Origin: a bacterium
GTDB taxonomy: Bacteria > Desulfobacterota > Binatia > Binatales > Binataceae
DNA: 64,000 nucleotides
Assembly: GCA_014896235.1 (NCBI GenBank)
Contig: JADBKU010000001.1
Coordinates: 69,594-133,593, forward strand
Direction of reading: 5' to 3'
Of this stretch, positions 1 to 9,590 are shown in pieces. The first letter of the stretch is position 1; every line of letters starts with the position of its first letter. Below the pieces are notes generated by a model. The model worked only from the letters and a program-made list of their open reading frames with translations. It made no database searches and was not told the origin of the DNA. Both the position numbers and the translations under genes were made by a program.

Positions 1-99
1 GCCGCCATCCTGGCGCTTACGGATTCCGCGCTGGCGGAACGGATCGCGGCGTGGCGGGCGGGCCGCGTCAAGGAATTGCTGGAGCAGAAGCTGCCCTGA
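1..99 (+). CDS. 3' end (33 codons) of an upstream gene running off the window; product unknown
   Basis: The frame is open from position 1 to TGA at 97-99 (…RVKELLEQKLP*). No family assignable from 33 residues. Confidence 0.3.
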   Translation, partial: AAILALTDSALAERIAAWRAGRVKELLEQKLP

Positions 100-157
100 A
101 TCGCAGGTGCGCTCCGCGCGCGTTGCGCCCGGAGCGCGGCCGCGATGTAATTGAGCG

Positions 158-994
158 GTGATGAAACCTTGTTTCGCAGGCGCGTTGGCCGCGTGCGCGA
201 TTTTGATGGCGTTCGCGCCGCCGGCGCGCGCGATCGATCTGCGCAAGGCTGGCACACTCTCGATTCCGGCGAACGCCGAAGTTGTGCCGTTTTCAACCGA
301 CCCGACGGTCGCGATGGTGTTGCGCCAGGACTTCAAGGCCGAACGGCGGTCGGCGCCCGCAACGGCGGCCGCGCCGGTGACCCTGACGGTTTCGATCATC
401 GAGGAGCCGCTCAAGCCTGGCGTTTCGCTCGAAGACCTTGCGCCGGGCGATCCCGATGTGCCGAAACTGCTCAGGGAGGCGGGGGAAACGCCGCCGCCGC
501 TCGGCGATACCGGCATCGCGCCCGATCAGGTCGCGGTCGCCCGCCTGCGCGCGCAACAGACGGTCCCGCCCGACACTATCACTCAATCCGAGCAGGCCGC
601 GAACGCGATGGGCGGACCGTTCGCGTGGGGCGGTCCGCTGATGGCGGAATCGATGATGGGCGCGCCGATGATGGGTGCGCCTGCGGCAGGCGGATGCCTG
701 CCGGGAACATATCCATGCCTGCCCGCCGCGGCCGCAACGCCGCGTCCGCAGCCGGGCGATCCGGGCTACGTCGGCGATACGCAGGCGTATATGCAGCAGG
801 GATCGGCGCTGAGCAATTTTCAAAGCGCTCAAGCCAACAACGATAACAACTACGACCGGGTGATAATTGCGCGCGCTTCAACCAGCGGCTCCGACGACGA
901 AATGACGGTGCTGGCCGTTGTCCATCCGGGCGAAGATCAGCGCGCCGCGAAGCGCCTGGTCGCCGAGGAGATCGCGAACGCCGTGCTGCGCTAG
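158..994 (+). CDS. secreted hypothetical protein with a tandem MMGAP repeat
   Basis: N-terminal signal-peptide-like segment MMKPCFAGALAACAILMAFAPPARA; tandem MMGAPMMGAP; Pro/Ala/Gly-rich. The competing ORFs 151-846 (+) and 293-832 (-) are Arg-rich alternative frames typical of high-GC noise. Confidence 0.5.
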   Translation: MMKPCFAGALAACAILMAFAPPARAIDLRKAGTLSIPANAEVVPFSTDPTVAMVLRQDFKAERRSAPATAAAPVTLTVSIIEEPLKPGVSLEDLAPGDPDVPKLLREAGETPPPLGDTGIAPDQVAVARLRAQQTVPPDTITQSEQAANAMGGPFAWGGPLMAESMMGAPMMGAPAAGGCLPGTYPCLPAAAATPRPQPGDPGYVGDTQAYMQQGSALSNFQSAQANNDNNYDRVIIARASTSGSDDEMTVLAVVHPGEDQRAAKRLVAEEIANAVLR

Positions 995-1015
995 CGCGGG
1001 GCGCGCCGCCTAGCC

Positions 1016-2134
1016 CTACACCCGATAGAAGTTCCGCGCGTTCACCGAGAGGATTTTGTCAATCGATTCTCTAGGCAGCGCGGAAAGATGTTCGCGCGCC
1101 TTCGCGACCGGATGGACGAAACCTTCGGCGTGCGGATAGTCCGAGCCGATGAAAAATTTGTCGTCGCCGGCGAACTGCACGATATACTTGAACATCTTTT
1201 CTTCCGGGTCGCCGCTGACCCAGATATTGCGCGCGAAATATTCGCCCACCGGCCGCTTCATCTGCGACGTTCCGCCCATGTAACGATAACGGTAATCGAC
1301 CCGTTCCAGCCATTCGCCCACCCATCCGACCATCGCCTCGACCGTGGCGACCCGCAAGCGCGGAAAGCGCTCGAAGACGCCGTCCACGACCATCGTGGTC
1401 AGCGCCTGGCGCGGGTCCTGAATCAGGTTCATCGTGAAGTACATCAGGCCCGGCTTCGGTTCCTTGTACCACGAGCTGCCGGTGTAATGGCGATGCGAGA
1501 CCAGATGCAGGCCGATCGAGATGTCGAGATCCTGCGCCGCCGCCCATATCGGATCGTAGTCCGGATGGCCGAAGCTGCGGCCGGCGATCGGCGCCGCTGA
1601 AACGAACGCGGTCCGGCATCCCGCTTTCGCCACGCGATTCAGTTCGGCGACCGCAAGGCCAGCGTCGCGCATCGAGATGTGCGCGGCGGGAAATAATCGG
1701 TCGCGATGGCCGCTGACAAGCTCGAAGGCCCATCGGTTGTAAGCGCGGCAAAGCGCATCGGCGAGGATCGGGTCGTCGAGTTCGCCCTCCCAAATTATGC
1801 CGATGCTCGGAAAGATGACCTGCGCGTCGATTTCCTCGCCGTCGAGGAAGCGGACGCGCGCGTCCATGTCCTGCCATTGTTCGCTGAACGCGCGATAGCG
1901 GTCGAAACCGCCGATCTGCGCGCCGTCTTCCTTCTGGCCGTAGCCCGAAAGCAGCCCCAGCACCTCCTCGACGTCGCGGAGCTTCAGCGGACGGTTGTCG
2001 CAGAGCATCGCGCGCTTGCCGGTCGCGGGATCGGCGGCGAGCTTTACCGTACGGTCGCGGAATCGCGGTTCGATATACTGCTCGAACATCTCGAGCGGCT
2101 CCATGAAATGGCTGTCGCCGTCGAATGCGCGCAT
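1016..2134 (-). CDS. amidohydrolase-2 family metal-dependent hydrolase (TIM barrel)
   Basis: 372 aa. Typical amidohydrolase-2 features (FDGDSHFMEP near the N-terminus, histidine-containing strands, C-terminal GSDYPH). Paralog of 53794-54894. Confidence 0.85.
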   Translation of the reverse strand: MRAFDGDSHFMEPLEMFEQYIEPRFRDRTVKLAADPATGKRAMLCDNRPLKLRDVEEVLGLLSGYGQKEDGAQIGGFDRYRAFSEQWQDMDARVRFLDGEEIDAQVIFPSIGIIWEGELDDPILADALCRAYNRWAFELVSGHRDRLFPAAHISMRDAGLAVAELNRVAKAGCRTAFVSAAPIAGRSFGHPDYDPIWAAAQDLDISIGLHLVSHRHYTGSSWYKEPKPGLMYFTMNLIQDPRQALTTMVVDGVFERFPRLRVATVEAMVGWVGEWLERVDYRYRYMGGTSQMKRPVGEYFARNIWVSGDPEEKMFKYIVQFAGDDKFFIGSDYPHAEGFVHPVAKAREHLSALPRESIDKILSVNARNFYRV

Positions 2135-2253
2135 CGCCGATCCTCCACGTCGAGAATTTATGATCCGTTTAGCAAAAGGAGCATGTTAACGACAAATTTG
2201 CGAACCTGCGCCGGCTTGAGCGGCGCACGGGCGACGTTGGGGCGGATGGCTTG

Positions 2254-2707
2254 CTAGCGTGCGACGCCGTTGGGGCGGGGCGGTTTTTTGCCCGGCACGA
2301 CCCTCAATTCGGGGCGCCGGAAACGCGCGTCGAAGCCGCGGACGCCGAACCATCCCGCAACGATGTAGAACGCCGCGAAGCCAATTTCCATCGCGGTGAT
2401 TCGCCGGTCGATGCTCCACTGCATCGCGGCGAGAAACGCGGTTCCCAGCACGATAAATACGGTCAAACGTGGAATGAACATCCGAATCGGCGAGTCCGGA
2501 TTGGCGGTCGCGCGGGCGGCGAGCGCCAGCCAGACCATCACGAACGCGAACGTTCCGCCGAGGCAGACCAGCGCCGGGAATTGTTTTTGAGCATTGTTGA
2601 AGTACAGCGAAAGCGCGAACAAAACGACGGCCGCGGGCGCGAAGACGATCGCACGCCACGACAGCGACACGCCCTCGCCATTCGTATCGGGTTCGCCGGA
2701 AGCCATC
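2254..2707 (-). CDS. hypothetical integral membrane protein
   Basis: Four hydrophobic helices. The 172-aa track ORF probably starts at the internal Met (MASGEPD…). No recognisable family. Confidence 0.4.
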
Positions 2708-2832
2708 GGCGGCCAGTATCCGCAAGCCGCGCCGGATAGACAAGCCGCGCCCGCGATGGCACGCTCGCGCAATCTGCGGCTGCGGCGAATCCATGACTAT
2801 TTCGCCGCGCCGATCGCACGCGGAGGTTCACG

Positions 2833-3612
2833 ATGTATCAATCATTCGAATATTCGGTCGCCGACGGAATCGCGCTGGTGCGCCTCAACCGTCCGAACAA
2901 GCTCAATTCGATCGACGCCGTGATGGTGCGCGAGTTCGGCGAGCTTGCGAACAACGTCCGCAACGACAAGGACGTGAAGGTTGTCGTTTTCACCGGCAAC
3001 GGCCGCGCCTTTTGCGCCGGCGCCGATATCGCGAATCTCAACAGCATCAACACCAGCGGCGAGTTCATGGGCTTTATCGAGCGCGTGCAACTTGCGTTCA
3101 ACGCGATCGAAGATCTCGATCGGCCGACGATTGCGGCGATCAACGGTATTGCGTACGGCGGCGGATGCGAATTGTCGCTCGTCTGCGATTTCCGCGTGAT
3201 GGCCGAGGAGACGACGATTGGCGTGCCGGAAATATTGATCGGCGTGCTGCCCGGCGCCGGCGGCACGCAGCGCCTGCCGAAATTGGTTCCGCCCGCGATC
3301 GCCAAGCGGATGATCTATCTCGGCGAACCGCTGACTGCGGCGCAAGCGCTTCAATTTGGCCTCGTAAACGAGGTAGTTCCCGCGGCCAAGGTGCTCGATA
3401 CGGCGATGAATCTGGCGCGGCGCTTGATCAAAATGCCGCCGCTGGCCGTGCGCTGCGCCAAGCTGCTGGTGCATACGGGGATGAACGCCGATTTGAAAAG
3501 CGGTATCGAGGCTGAACGGCAGGCGATGGCGTTCCTGTTCGGGACCGAAGATCGAGTGGAAGGGATGGGCGCGTTTCTGGGCAAGCGGCAGGCGTCGTTC
3601 AAGGGTCGTTAA
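2833..3612 (+). CDS. enoyl-CoA hydratase/isomerase (crotonase fold)
   Basis: 259 aa. GGAGG SD before ATG 2833. Crotonase signatures (VVFTGNGRAFCAGADI…, AAINGIAYGGGCEL). Confidence 0.9.
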   Translation: MYQSFEYSVADGIALVRLNRPNKLNSIDAVMVREFGELANNVRNDKDVKVVVFTGNGRAFCAGADIANLNSINTSGEFMGFIERVQLAFNAIEDLDRPTIAAINGIAYGGGCELSLVCDFRVMAEETTIGVPEILIGVLPGAGGTQRLPKLVPPAIAKRMIYLGEPLTAAQALQFGLVNEVVPAAKVLDTAMNLARRLIKMPPLAVRCAKLLVHTGMNADLKSGIEAERQAMAFLFGTEDRVEGMGAFLGKRQASFKGR

Positions 3613-3815
3613 GCGTTCGAAATCCGACCGGCCGTTTGCTTGTTTTTTTCAGGGACAGCGCTATAAGCCAGACTGTCAGGATGTATTAGGAGTTTTCGCC
3701 GAAAAGGAGTATAGGCAAGAAAAAATCCAAATACGGGGACCGGAGGGAGCGCCGGCCCTGAAAGACCAGCGCCGCTGTGTGGGGACATGGCGCGCGCGGC
3801 AAGGAGGAAGAGAAA

Positions 3816-5534
3816 ATGGCGGAGTTCGACACGATCATAAGGGGCGGAATGGTCGTTGACGGCACCAGGTTGCCGCGCTACCGCGCCGACGTGGGGATCA
3901 AGGACGGCAAAGTTGCGAAACTCGGCAAGCTCAAACCGCATCAAGGCGCGAAGGTGATCGATGCCGACGGGCAGATCGTGGCGCCCGGTTTCGTCGATCT
4001 GCATACCCATTACGACGCCCAGCTCTTTTGGGATCCGTACTGCACGATCTCGAGCTGGCACGGCGTGACGTCGGTGGTGATCGGCAACTGCGGCTTTGGC
4101 TTCGCGCCGGTCAAGCCGGAGATGCGCGACCGCGCGATGCTCACGATGACGCGCACGGAAGCCATTCCATACGCGTCGATGAAGGCGGGACTGCCGTGGG
4201 ATTGGGTGACCTATCCGGAATTCCTCGACAGCGTCGAACGCCATCCGAAAGGCGTCAACATGCTGCCGTTCGTGCCGATGGCGCCGATCATGACGTGGGT
4301 GATGGGCCTCGACGAGGCGAAATCGGGCCGGATGCCGACCGAAGCCGAGACCCAAGAGATGTGCCGGCTGATCAACGAGGCGATGGATCACGGCGCCTGC
4401 GGATGGTCGGCTCAGCGCTTCGGCCGCAACAGCGTGCAGGCGGACTATGATGGCACGCCAATGGTCACCGATTTGATGCACGACGAAACCGCGCTAGCGT
4501 TGGCGCGCGTGCTCGGCGAGCGCAACGAAGGCTTCATCCAGATGTCCTACATCCCGGACGCCAGCAAGTACGAAGGCGACATCCAGGACCATACGGAGAA
4601 GCATTTCGAAGAATTGGCGATGGCGGCAGGCCGGCCGATCCTCTACAACGCGATCGCGATCAACGACGCGCATCCCGAGCGCTTCCGCCGCCAACTGCAT
4701 TGGATCGAGAACTGCGCCAAACGCGGCATCCGGGTGTTCGGCCAATCCGCGACGCTCGAAGTCGGTTTCGTCTTCACGTTCAAAGACTGGAATCTGTGGG
4801 ACGACATGCCGGAGTGGCGCGAAGTCACCACGGGCACGATCGAAGATCGGCTGATGAAACTATCCGATCCGGAGCGCCGGCCGGGTCTGCGCAAAGTCGA
4901 TGAGATGACCGGACTCATCACCAACAACGTGCGCGATATTTTCATTCTCGAGTGCAAGCATCCGGAATTGAAGAAGTACGAGAACATGACGGTTGGCGAA
5001 GTGGCGGCGCGCGAGCACAAACATCCGGTGGACGCGATGCTCGATATCGCCTGCGCCGACGGGCTGAACACGGATTTCTATACGCCGCCGATCAACGTGC
5101 GCAACGACTATCTGAAAGAAATGGTCACCTCGCCCGGCATGGCGATCTTTGGCGTATCGGACGGAGGCGCGCACACGAAATTCTTCTCGGGCGGACGCTA
5201 TTCCACCGAGGCGATTATCAAAATGGGGCGCGACAACGAGATTCTGCCGCTCGAGGAGGTCCATTTCCGCCTGAGCGCGCATCCTGCGATGTGCGCGGGC
5301 TTCCGCAATCGCGGCACGTTGGTGGAGGGCAATTGGGCCGACGTGGTGATTTACGACCTCGACCGCCTCGCGATCAAGCCGATGGAGATCGTGCATGATT
5401 TTCCCGGCGGCGAATGGCGCCGCGTGCAGCGTCCGGAAGGATACTCGGCGGTGATGGTCAACGGTGAGGTGATCATCGACCATGGCCGGGAGACCGGCGC
5501 GACGCCGGGCAAACTGCTGCGCCGTGGCGGCTGA
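3816..5534 (+). CDS. D-aminoacylase-like (N-acyl-D-amino-acid deacylase family) amidohydrolase
   Basis: Start moved to MAEFD (ATG 3816), which has an AGGAGGAAGAGAAA SD. Motifs DGKVAKLG…APGFVDLHTHYD and NCGFGFAP are typical of the D-aminoacylase/amidohydrolase-3 family. Paralog of 55188-56888. Confidence 0.85.
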   Translation: MAEFDTIIRGGMVVDGTRLPRYRADVGIKDGKVAKLGKLKPHQGAKVIDADGQIVAPGFVDLHTHYDAQLFWDPYCTISSWHGVTSVVIGNCGFGFAPVKPEMRDRAMLTMTRTEAIPYASMKAGLPWDWVTYPEFLDSVERHPKGVNMLPFVPMAPIMTWVMGLDEAKSGRMPTEAETQEMCRLINEAMDHGACGWSAQRFGRNSVQADYDGTPMVTDLMHDETALALARVLGERNEGFIQMSYIPDASKYEGDIQDHTEKHFEELAMAAGRPILYNAIAINDAHPERFRRQLHWIENCAKRGIRVFGQSATLEVGFVFTFKDWNLWDDMPEWREVTTGTIEDRLMKLSDPERRPGLRKVDEMTGLITNNVRDIFILECKHPELKKYENMTVGEVAAREHKHPVDAMLDIACADGLNTDFYTPPINVRNDYLKEMVTSPGMAIFGVSDGGAHTKFFSGGRYSTEAIIKMGRDNEILPLEEVHFRLSAHPAMCAGFRNRGTLVEGNWADVVIYDLDRLAIKPMEIVHDFPGGEWRRVQRPEGYSAVMVNGEVIIDHGRETGATPGKLLRRGG

Positions 5535-5646
5535 TTGAACGAGTGATGCGGGCGCTGCGGATTTCCCGGCGTCCGCGCCGATTTGTTTGATACCACGTCG
5601 TAGATCAGGCGCGTACGAAAACGGAAAATCGGGAGGAGACAGGCGA

Positions 5647-6144
5647 GTGGGAAAATCCGGATGGGTGTTGGGACTGGTTGGCGCGATTGCTCTGGCGTGC
5701 GCGGTATCGGCGCCAGCGTATGCGGCGGGCGGCGCCAAGGCCGAAATCATCGCCTTCGAACACAAGTGCATTCAGGCGCAAACCACCGATGAATCGATGG
5801 CCTGCGTCGATAAGAACGACGTTACGTTTTACGACTTCGTGCCGCCGCTCAAGTATTCGGGCGCGGAGGCGGTGCGCAAGGATTTGGCCAACTTCTTTGA
5901 TAACGCCACGGATATCAAGGCTCGTTTCCTTGAGCTCGACGTCGTTACCGACGGCAAATTGGGCGTCGCCAACAGCATCCAGCATTTCACCTGGAAAGAT
6001 AAATCGGGCAAGGAGATGTCGGGAAATTTTCGCGTCACCGATTGTCTCCATAAAGTGGACGGCAAGTGGAAGATCTTCCATTCGCATATCTCGGTGCCGG
6101 TCGATCCGGCGACCGGCAAAGCCGTGATGGACGCGAAGATGTAG
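5647..6144 (+). CDS. secreted SnoaL/NTF2-like (DUF4440-like) protein
   Basis: GTG 5647 is preceded by GGGAGGAG. The signal peptide (GWVLGLVGAIALACAVSAPAYAAG) is followed by an NTF2-like alpha+beta domain. Start uncertain; the track ORF begins at 5587. Confidence 0.5.
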   Translation: MGKSGWVLGLVGAIALACAVSAPAYAAGGAKAEIIAFEHKCIQAQTTDESMACVDKNDVTFYDFVPPLKYSGAEAVRKDLANFFDNATDIKARFLELDVVTDGKLGVANSIQHFTWKDKSGKEMSGNFRVTDCLHKVDGKWKIFHSHISVPVDPATGKAVMDAKM

Positions 6145-6262
6145 AATTCGTTCCGCGTTCATGGCCTCTCCAGCGCGGAGGTCCGCGTAACCGCGAGCCT
6201 CCGCGTTTCTATTAGGAGATTCCGCTAACGCCAGAAATTGCCTATGATAGCGCTTTGCCGCT

Positions 6263-7147
6263 ATGGATTTTGTAGTAAAAATCGCCGGCCGGATGCCGGC
6301 GTCGTGGCGTGACGCCATCGACGGTTTCCGTTCGCGGCATCCGCGCTGCAACGCCCTAATCAAGCGTTTCATCCTGATTGCGAGCGGCGGTGACGCGACC
6401 ATAGCGCGAGGCGTGGGCGCGGGCCTGCGCTTCAACGCGGCAAATTCCGCGATGAGTTTTCTGATGGGCACGCACGACCCGATTTCGCAGGGCGCGCTTA
6501 AAATGCTGCTCAAGCCCGGCATGACCTTTTTCGACGTCGGCGCCAACGTTGGATTTTTCTCGGTAATTGCGGCGCGCCTGGTCGGCCCCGGCGGACGGGT
6601 GGTCGCGTTCGAGCCGTTGCCGTCGAACGCGCGCGCGCTTGCGCATAATGCCCGGCTCAACGGATTTCGCAACGTAGCGGTGCGGCAGGAGGCGCTCGCC
6701 GCGACGAATGGCGAGGCGGCGTTCCTGTTGTCCGCTGAACCAACCTGGGGCAAATTGAGCGATGCGGGAAAGCCTCCGGATCAGCATGATGGAGAAACGA
6801 CAGTCGCGGTGCGCCGCTTGGACGGCGTGATCGAGCGCGACCGTTTGCCCGTTCCAGACGTGATGAAAATCGACGTCGAGGGCGCCGAGGTCGATCTGCT
6901 CGCAGGCGCCGAGCGGACCTTGCGCGAGCGCCGCCCGGTGATCCTGATGGAACTCCACGGAACCAACCGCGAAATCGCCGGCAAATTGGCTGCGCTGAAC
7001 TATATCGCCGCCGTGCTCGGCGCGCCCGATGAAGTCGCCGTCGCGCACTGGAATGCGAACATAATCGCAATCCCGGCCGAGCGCGCCGACCTGGAGCCGC
7101 TCGTCGCGCAGTTGCGCTCGCCCCACGCCGCGGCGCTGGCCGCCTGA
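6263..7147 (+). CDS. FkbM-family SAM-dependent methyltransferase
   Basis: Motif FFDVGANVGFFS…VVAFEP…MKIDVEGAEVDLLAGAERTL is characteristic of FkbM methyltransferases. Confidence 0.8.
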   Translation: MDFVVKIAGRMPASWRDAIDGFRSRHPRCNALIKRFILIASGGDATIARGVGAGLRFNAANSAMSFLMGTHDPISQGALKMLLKPGMTFFDVGANVGFFSVIAARLVGPGGRVVAFEPLPSNARALAHNARLNGFRNVAVRQEALAATNGEAAFLLSAEPTWGKLSDAGKPPDQHDGETTVAVRRLDGVIERDRLPVPDVMKIDVEGAEVDLLAGAERTLRERRPVILMELHGTNREIAGKLAALNYIAAVLGAPDEVAVAHWNANIIAIPAERADLEPLVAQLRSPHAAALAA

Positions 7148-7176
7148 AGCGCCGCCGCCAAGTCCGACGAGGCGAC

Positions 7177-8337
7177 GTGTCCCCGACCAGGCGCCGCCGG
7201 CTTCTGACCATCGGACATTCCTATTGCGTCGCCTTGAATCGGCGGCTCGCGCACGAGATGGCGCGGGTCGGCGCCGATCGCTGGGAGGTGACCGCCGTCG
7301 CCCCCGATTTTTTTCATGGCGACTTGCGCGATATTCCGCTCGAAGCGATTCCGGACGAGGCTTGCCGCCTCGAACCGGTTCCGGCGCGGCTGTCGCGTCG
7401 GATTCATTTTTTCTTTTACGGCGCGAGATTGGCTTCGATCATGCGCGAGGGCTGGGACGTCGTGCATTGCTGGGAGGAGCCGTACATCGTCGCCGGCGGT
7501 CAAATCGCGCGTCTCACGCCGCCGTCGGCCGCGCTGGTCTATTGGACTGGCCAGACGATCGCCAAACGCTATCCCCCGCCGTTTTCGATAATCGAACGCT
7601 ATAGCATGGCGCGCGCCGCCGGATGGGCAGCGCGGGGACATATCGGCGCCGAGACGCTCAAAGTCCGCGCCGGGTACGAGCGCAAACCGTGGCGCGTGCT
7701 GCCGCTTGGAATCGACGCCGAAATTTTCAAGCCCGACCCGGCCGCCGGCCGCGCGATCCGCGAACGTCTCGGATGGACCGACGGCGGCGCGCCGGTCGTC
7801 GGCTATTTGGGGCGGATGGTCGAGGCCAAGGGCGTTTCAATACTGATGCGCGCGCTCGAAAACGTGGCGGCGCCGTGGCGCGCGCTGTTCGTGGGCGGCG
7901 GGCCGATGGAGCCGGAAATCAAGCGATGGGCGGACCGTTTTCCGGACCGCGTGCGGATCGCCGCGGTCCCGCACGCGGAAGTCCCGGCTTATCTGAACGC
8001 GATGGATCTGCTTTGCGCGCCGAGCCAGACCACGCCGGGATGGCGCGAGATCTTCGGCCGGATGGTGATCGAGGCGTTCGCCTGTGGCGTGCCGGTCGTC
8101 GCCAGCGACAGCGGCGAAATCCCGGCCGTGGCCGGCGATTGCGCATGGATCGTGGGCGAGCGCGATCAATCCGGATGGGCCGCGGCGATCGCGGAATTGA
8201 TCGGCGATCCGAAGCGGCGGCGCGATCTCGCGGCGCGCGGACTCGATCGCGCGCTTGCCCACTACGCATGGCCGATCGTCGCGCGGATGCATCTCGAATT
8301 TTTCGATGAGCTGCTGGAGCGGCGCGCGCCAGCCTGA
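7177..8337 (+). CDS. glycosyltransferase family 1 (GT4-type)
   Basis: The C-terminal domain has GYLGRMVEAKG…EAFACGVPVVASDSGEIP, typical of GT4 retaining glycosyltransferases. Confidence 0.8.
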   Translation: MSPTRRRRLLTIGHSYCVALNRRLAHEMARVGADRWEVTAVAPDFFHGDLRDIPLEAIPDEACRLEPVPARLSRRIHFFFYGARLASIMREGWDVVHCWEEPYIVAGGQIARLTPPSAALVYWTGQTIAKRYPPPFSIIERYSMARAAGWAARGHIGAETLKVRAGYERKPWRVLPLGIDAEIFKPDPAAGRAIRERLGWTDGGAPVVGYLGRMVEAKGVSILMRALENVAAPWRALFVGGGPMEPEIKRWADRFPDRVRIAAVPHAEVPAYLNAMDLLCAPSQTTPGWREIFGRMVIEAFACGVPVVASDSGEIPAVAGDCAWIVGERDQSGWAAAIAELIGDPKRRRDLAARGLDRALAHYAWPIVARMHLEFFDELLERRAPA

Positions 8338-8370
8338 ACGCTCATCTGGCGCCGCGCGGCTCAATTCGCC

Positions 8371-9537
8371 TCACCCGGATTTCGGCGGCAGCGCTTCAAA
8401 CCACGGCGCGACCAGCTTCTCGTTGATCGAATAGGGAAATGCGTGTCCCCATTCGGGGAGTTCCTCGTATTTAAGGTTGTAGCCGATCGCGCTCAGCAGT
8501 TCGTTGGTCTGTCGCGTGAAAGCGACCGGGAAAATGAAATCGTGCACGCCGTGAATCACGAAGATCGGCGTGTCCTTGCCGCGCCCTTCGCGCAACATCG
8601 GATCGGCCGCCATATGCAGCGCGCCGGCGACCGGCGCGATTCCGCGGAAACGCTCGTGATGCTCCAGCCCCAGGATATAGGTGAAGATGCCGCCGTCGGA
8701 CAGGCCGCTTAAATAGATTCGGGAGCGATCGATCGGATAATCGCGGGCGACTTCATCGATCATCGCCAGAACCGAGCGCGCGTCGGAGCTGCGCAAGGTC
8801 ATTTCCCACGTGTTGCCCCATGATTTCGGCGCCAGTAACGCCCATCGCCGGCTGCGCGCCGGGCGAATCCACGTCCAGATATATTCCGAGCCTTGGCCGT
8901 AGCCGCCGTGCAGCGCGACCACCAGCGGCATCGGCGCGCCCGGCGCATAATCCTCCGGAATATAGAGCGTGTAATCGGATCGGGAATCGTCGCGCGGATG
9001 CTGCGTGAAGCCGGCCGGCGCCGATCCCGCCGGACGGTCGGTCGTGCGCGGCGCTGCGGCGCCCACGCTCAGGAAGTGCGCGTCGGCCAGCGGCATCAGT
9101 TCGCGCAATTCGTAAAGTTGATACAGGCCGGAACAGAATGCGCGGCGGCTGTAAAGAAACGCCAGCGTCCAGTCGCGATTCGGCGGCGCCATAAAGAGAT
9201 TGCACGATTTGCCGAACTCGGTCGCCGCCGCGCAGATCCGCTCGTGCCGATCCTTGAATTCCTCCGGCGGCGCAAGCGGCACGAATTCCTTTTCGAAACG
9301 CCGGAAGGTCGCGCCGACCGCGCCGACCAGGCGCGCCTGGCTGTCTTTCACGTCGCCGAGGCGCAAATTTTCGTGGATATCCTCGAAGACTTCGAGAAAT
9401 TTCACCAGCTCGCGTTCGAGTTCGTTCCACGCCGCCTGATATTCATCCTGGGTCATCGCGCTTCTCCCCGTTTGCGCGAGCATAGCCGCTTGCGCGCCGT
9501 TCGGCACGTCCGCCGCGCTCTCGCCGATCGGCATCAA
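8371..9537 (-). CDS. alpha/beta-hydrolase esterase (PHB-depolymerase/carboxylesterase-like) with a roughly 170-aa N-terminal helical domain of unknown function
   Basis: C-terminal PLVVALHGGYGQ…GLSDGG (GxSxG nucleophile) …IFVIHGVHDF. No signal peptide. The N-terminal 170 aa has no recognisable family. Confidence 0.7.
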   Translation of the reverse strand: MMPIGESAADVPNGAQAAMLAQTGRSAMTQDEYQAAWNELERELVKFLEVFEDIHENLRLGDVKDSQARLVGAVGATFRRFEKEFVPLAPPEEFKDRHERICAAATEFGKSCNLFMAPPNRDWTLAFLYSRRAFCSGLYQLYELRELMPLADAHFLSVGAAAPRTTDRPAGSAPAGFTQHPRDDSRSDYTLYIPEDYAPGAPMPLVVALHGGYGQGSEYIWTWIRPARSRRWALLAPKSWGNTWEMTLRSSDARSVLAMIDEVARDYPIDRSRIYLSGLSDGGIFTYILGLEHHERFRGIAPVAGALHMAADPMLREGRGKDTPIFVIHGVHDFIFPVAFTRQTNELLSAIGYNLKYEELPEWGHAFPYSINEKLVAPWFEALPPKSG

Positions 9538-9590
9538 GAGGTGTAAGTTGGCCGTTGGTTATATCCGAGCGAAAGGATTTCGTTCCCGCC

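Noticed and set aside
151-846. 231-aa plus-strand ORF and its 293-832 minus counterpart
   Set aside because: Arg-rich alternative frames of the secreted-protein gene (158-994). No signal peptide and no motifs.
5605-6753. 382-aa minus-strand ORF
   Set aside because: Antisense to the SnoaL-like and FkbM genes; compositionally biased.
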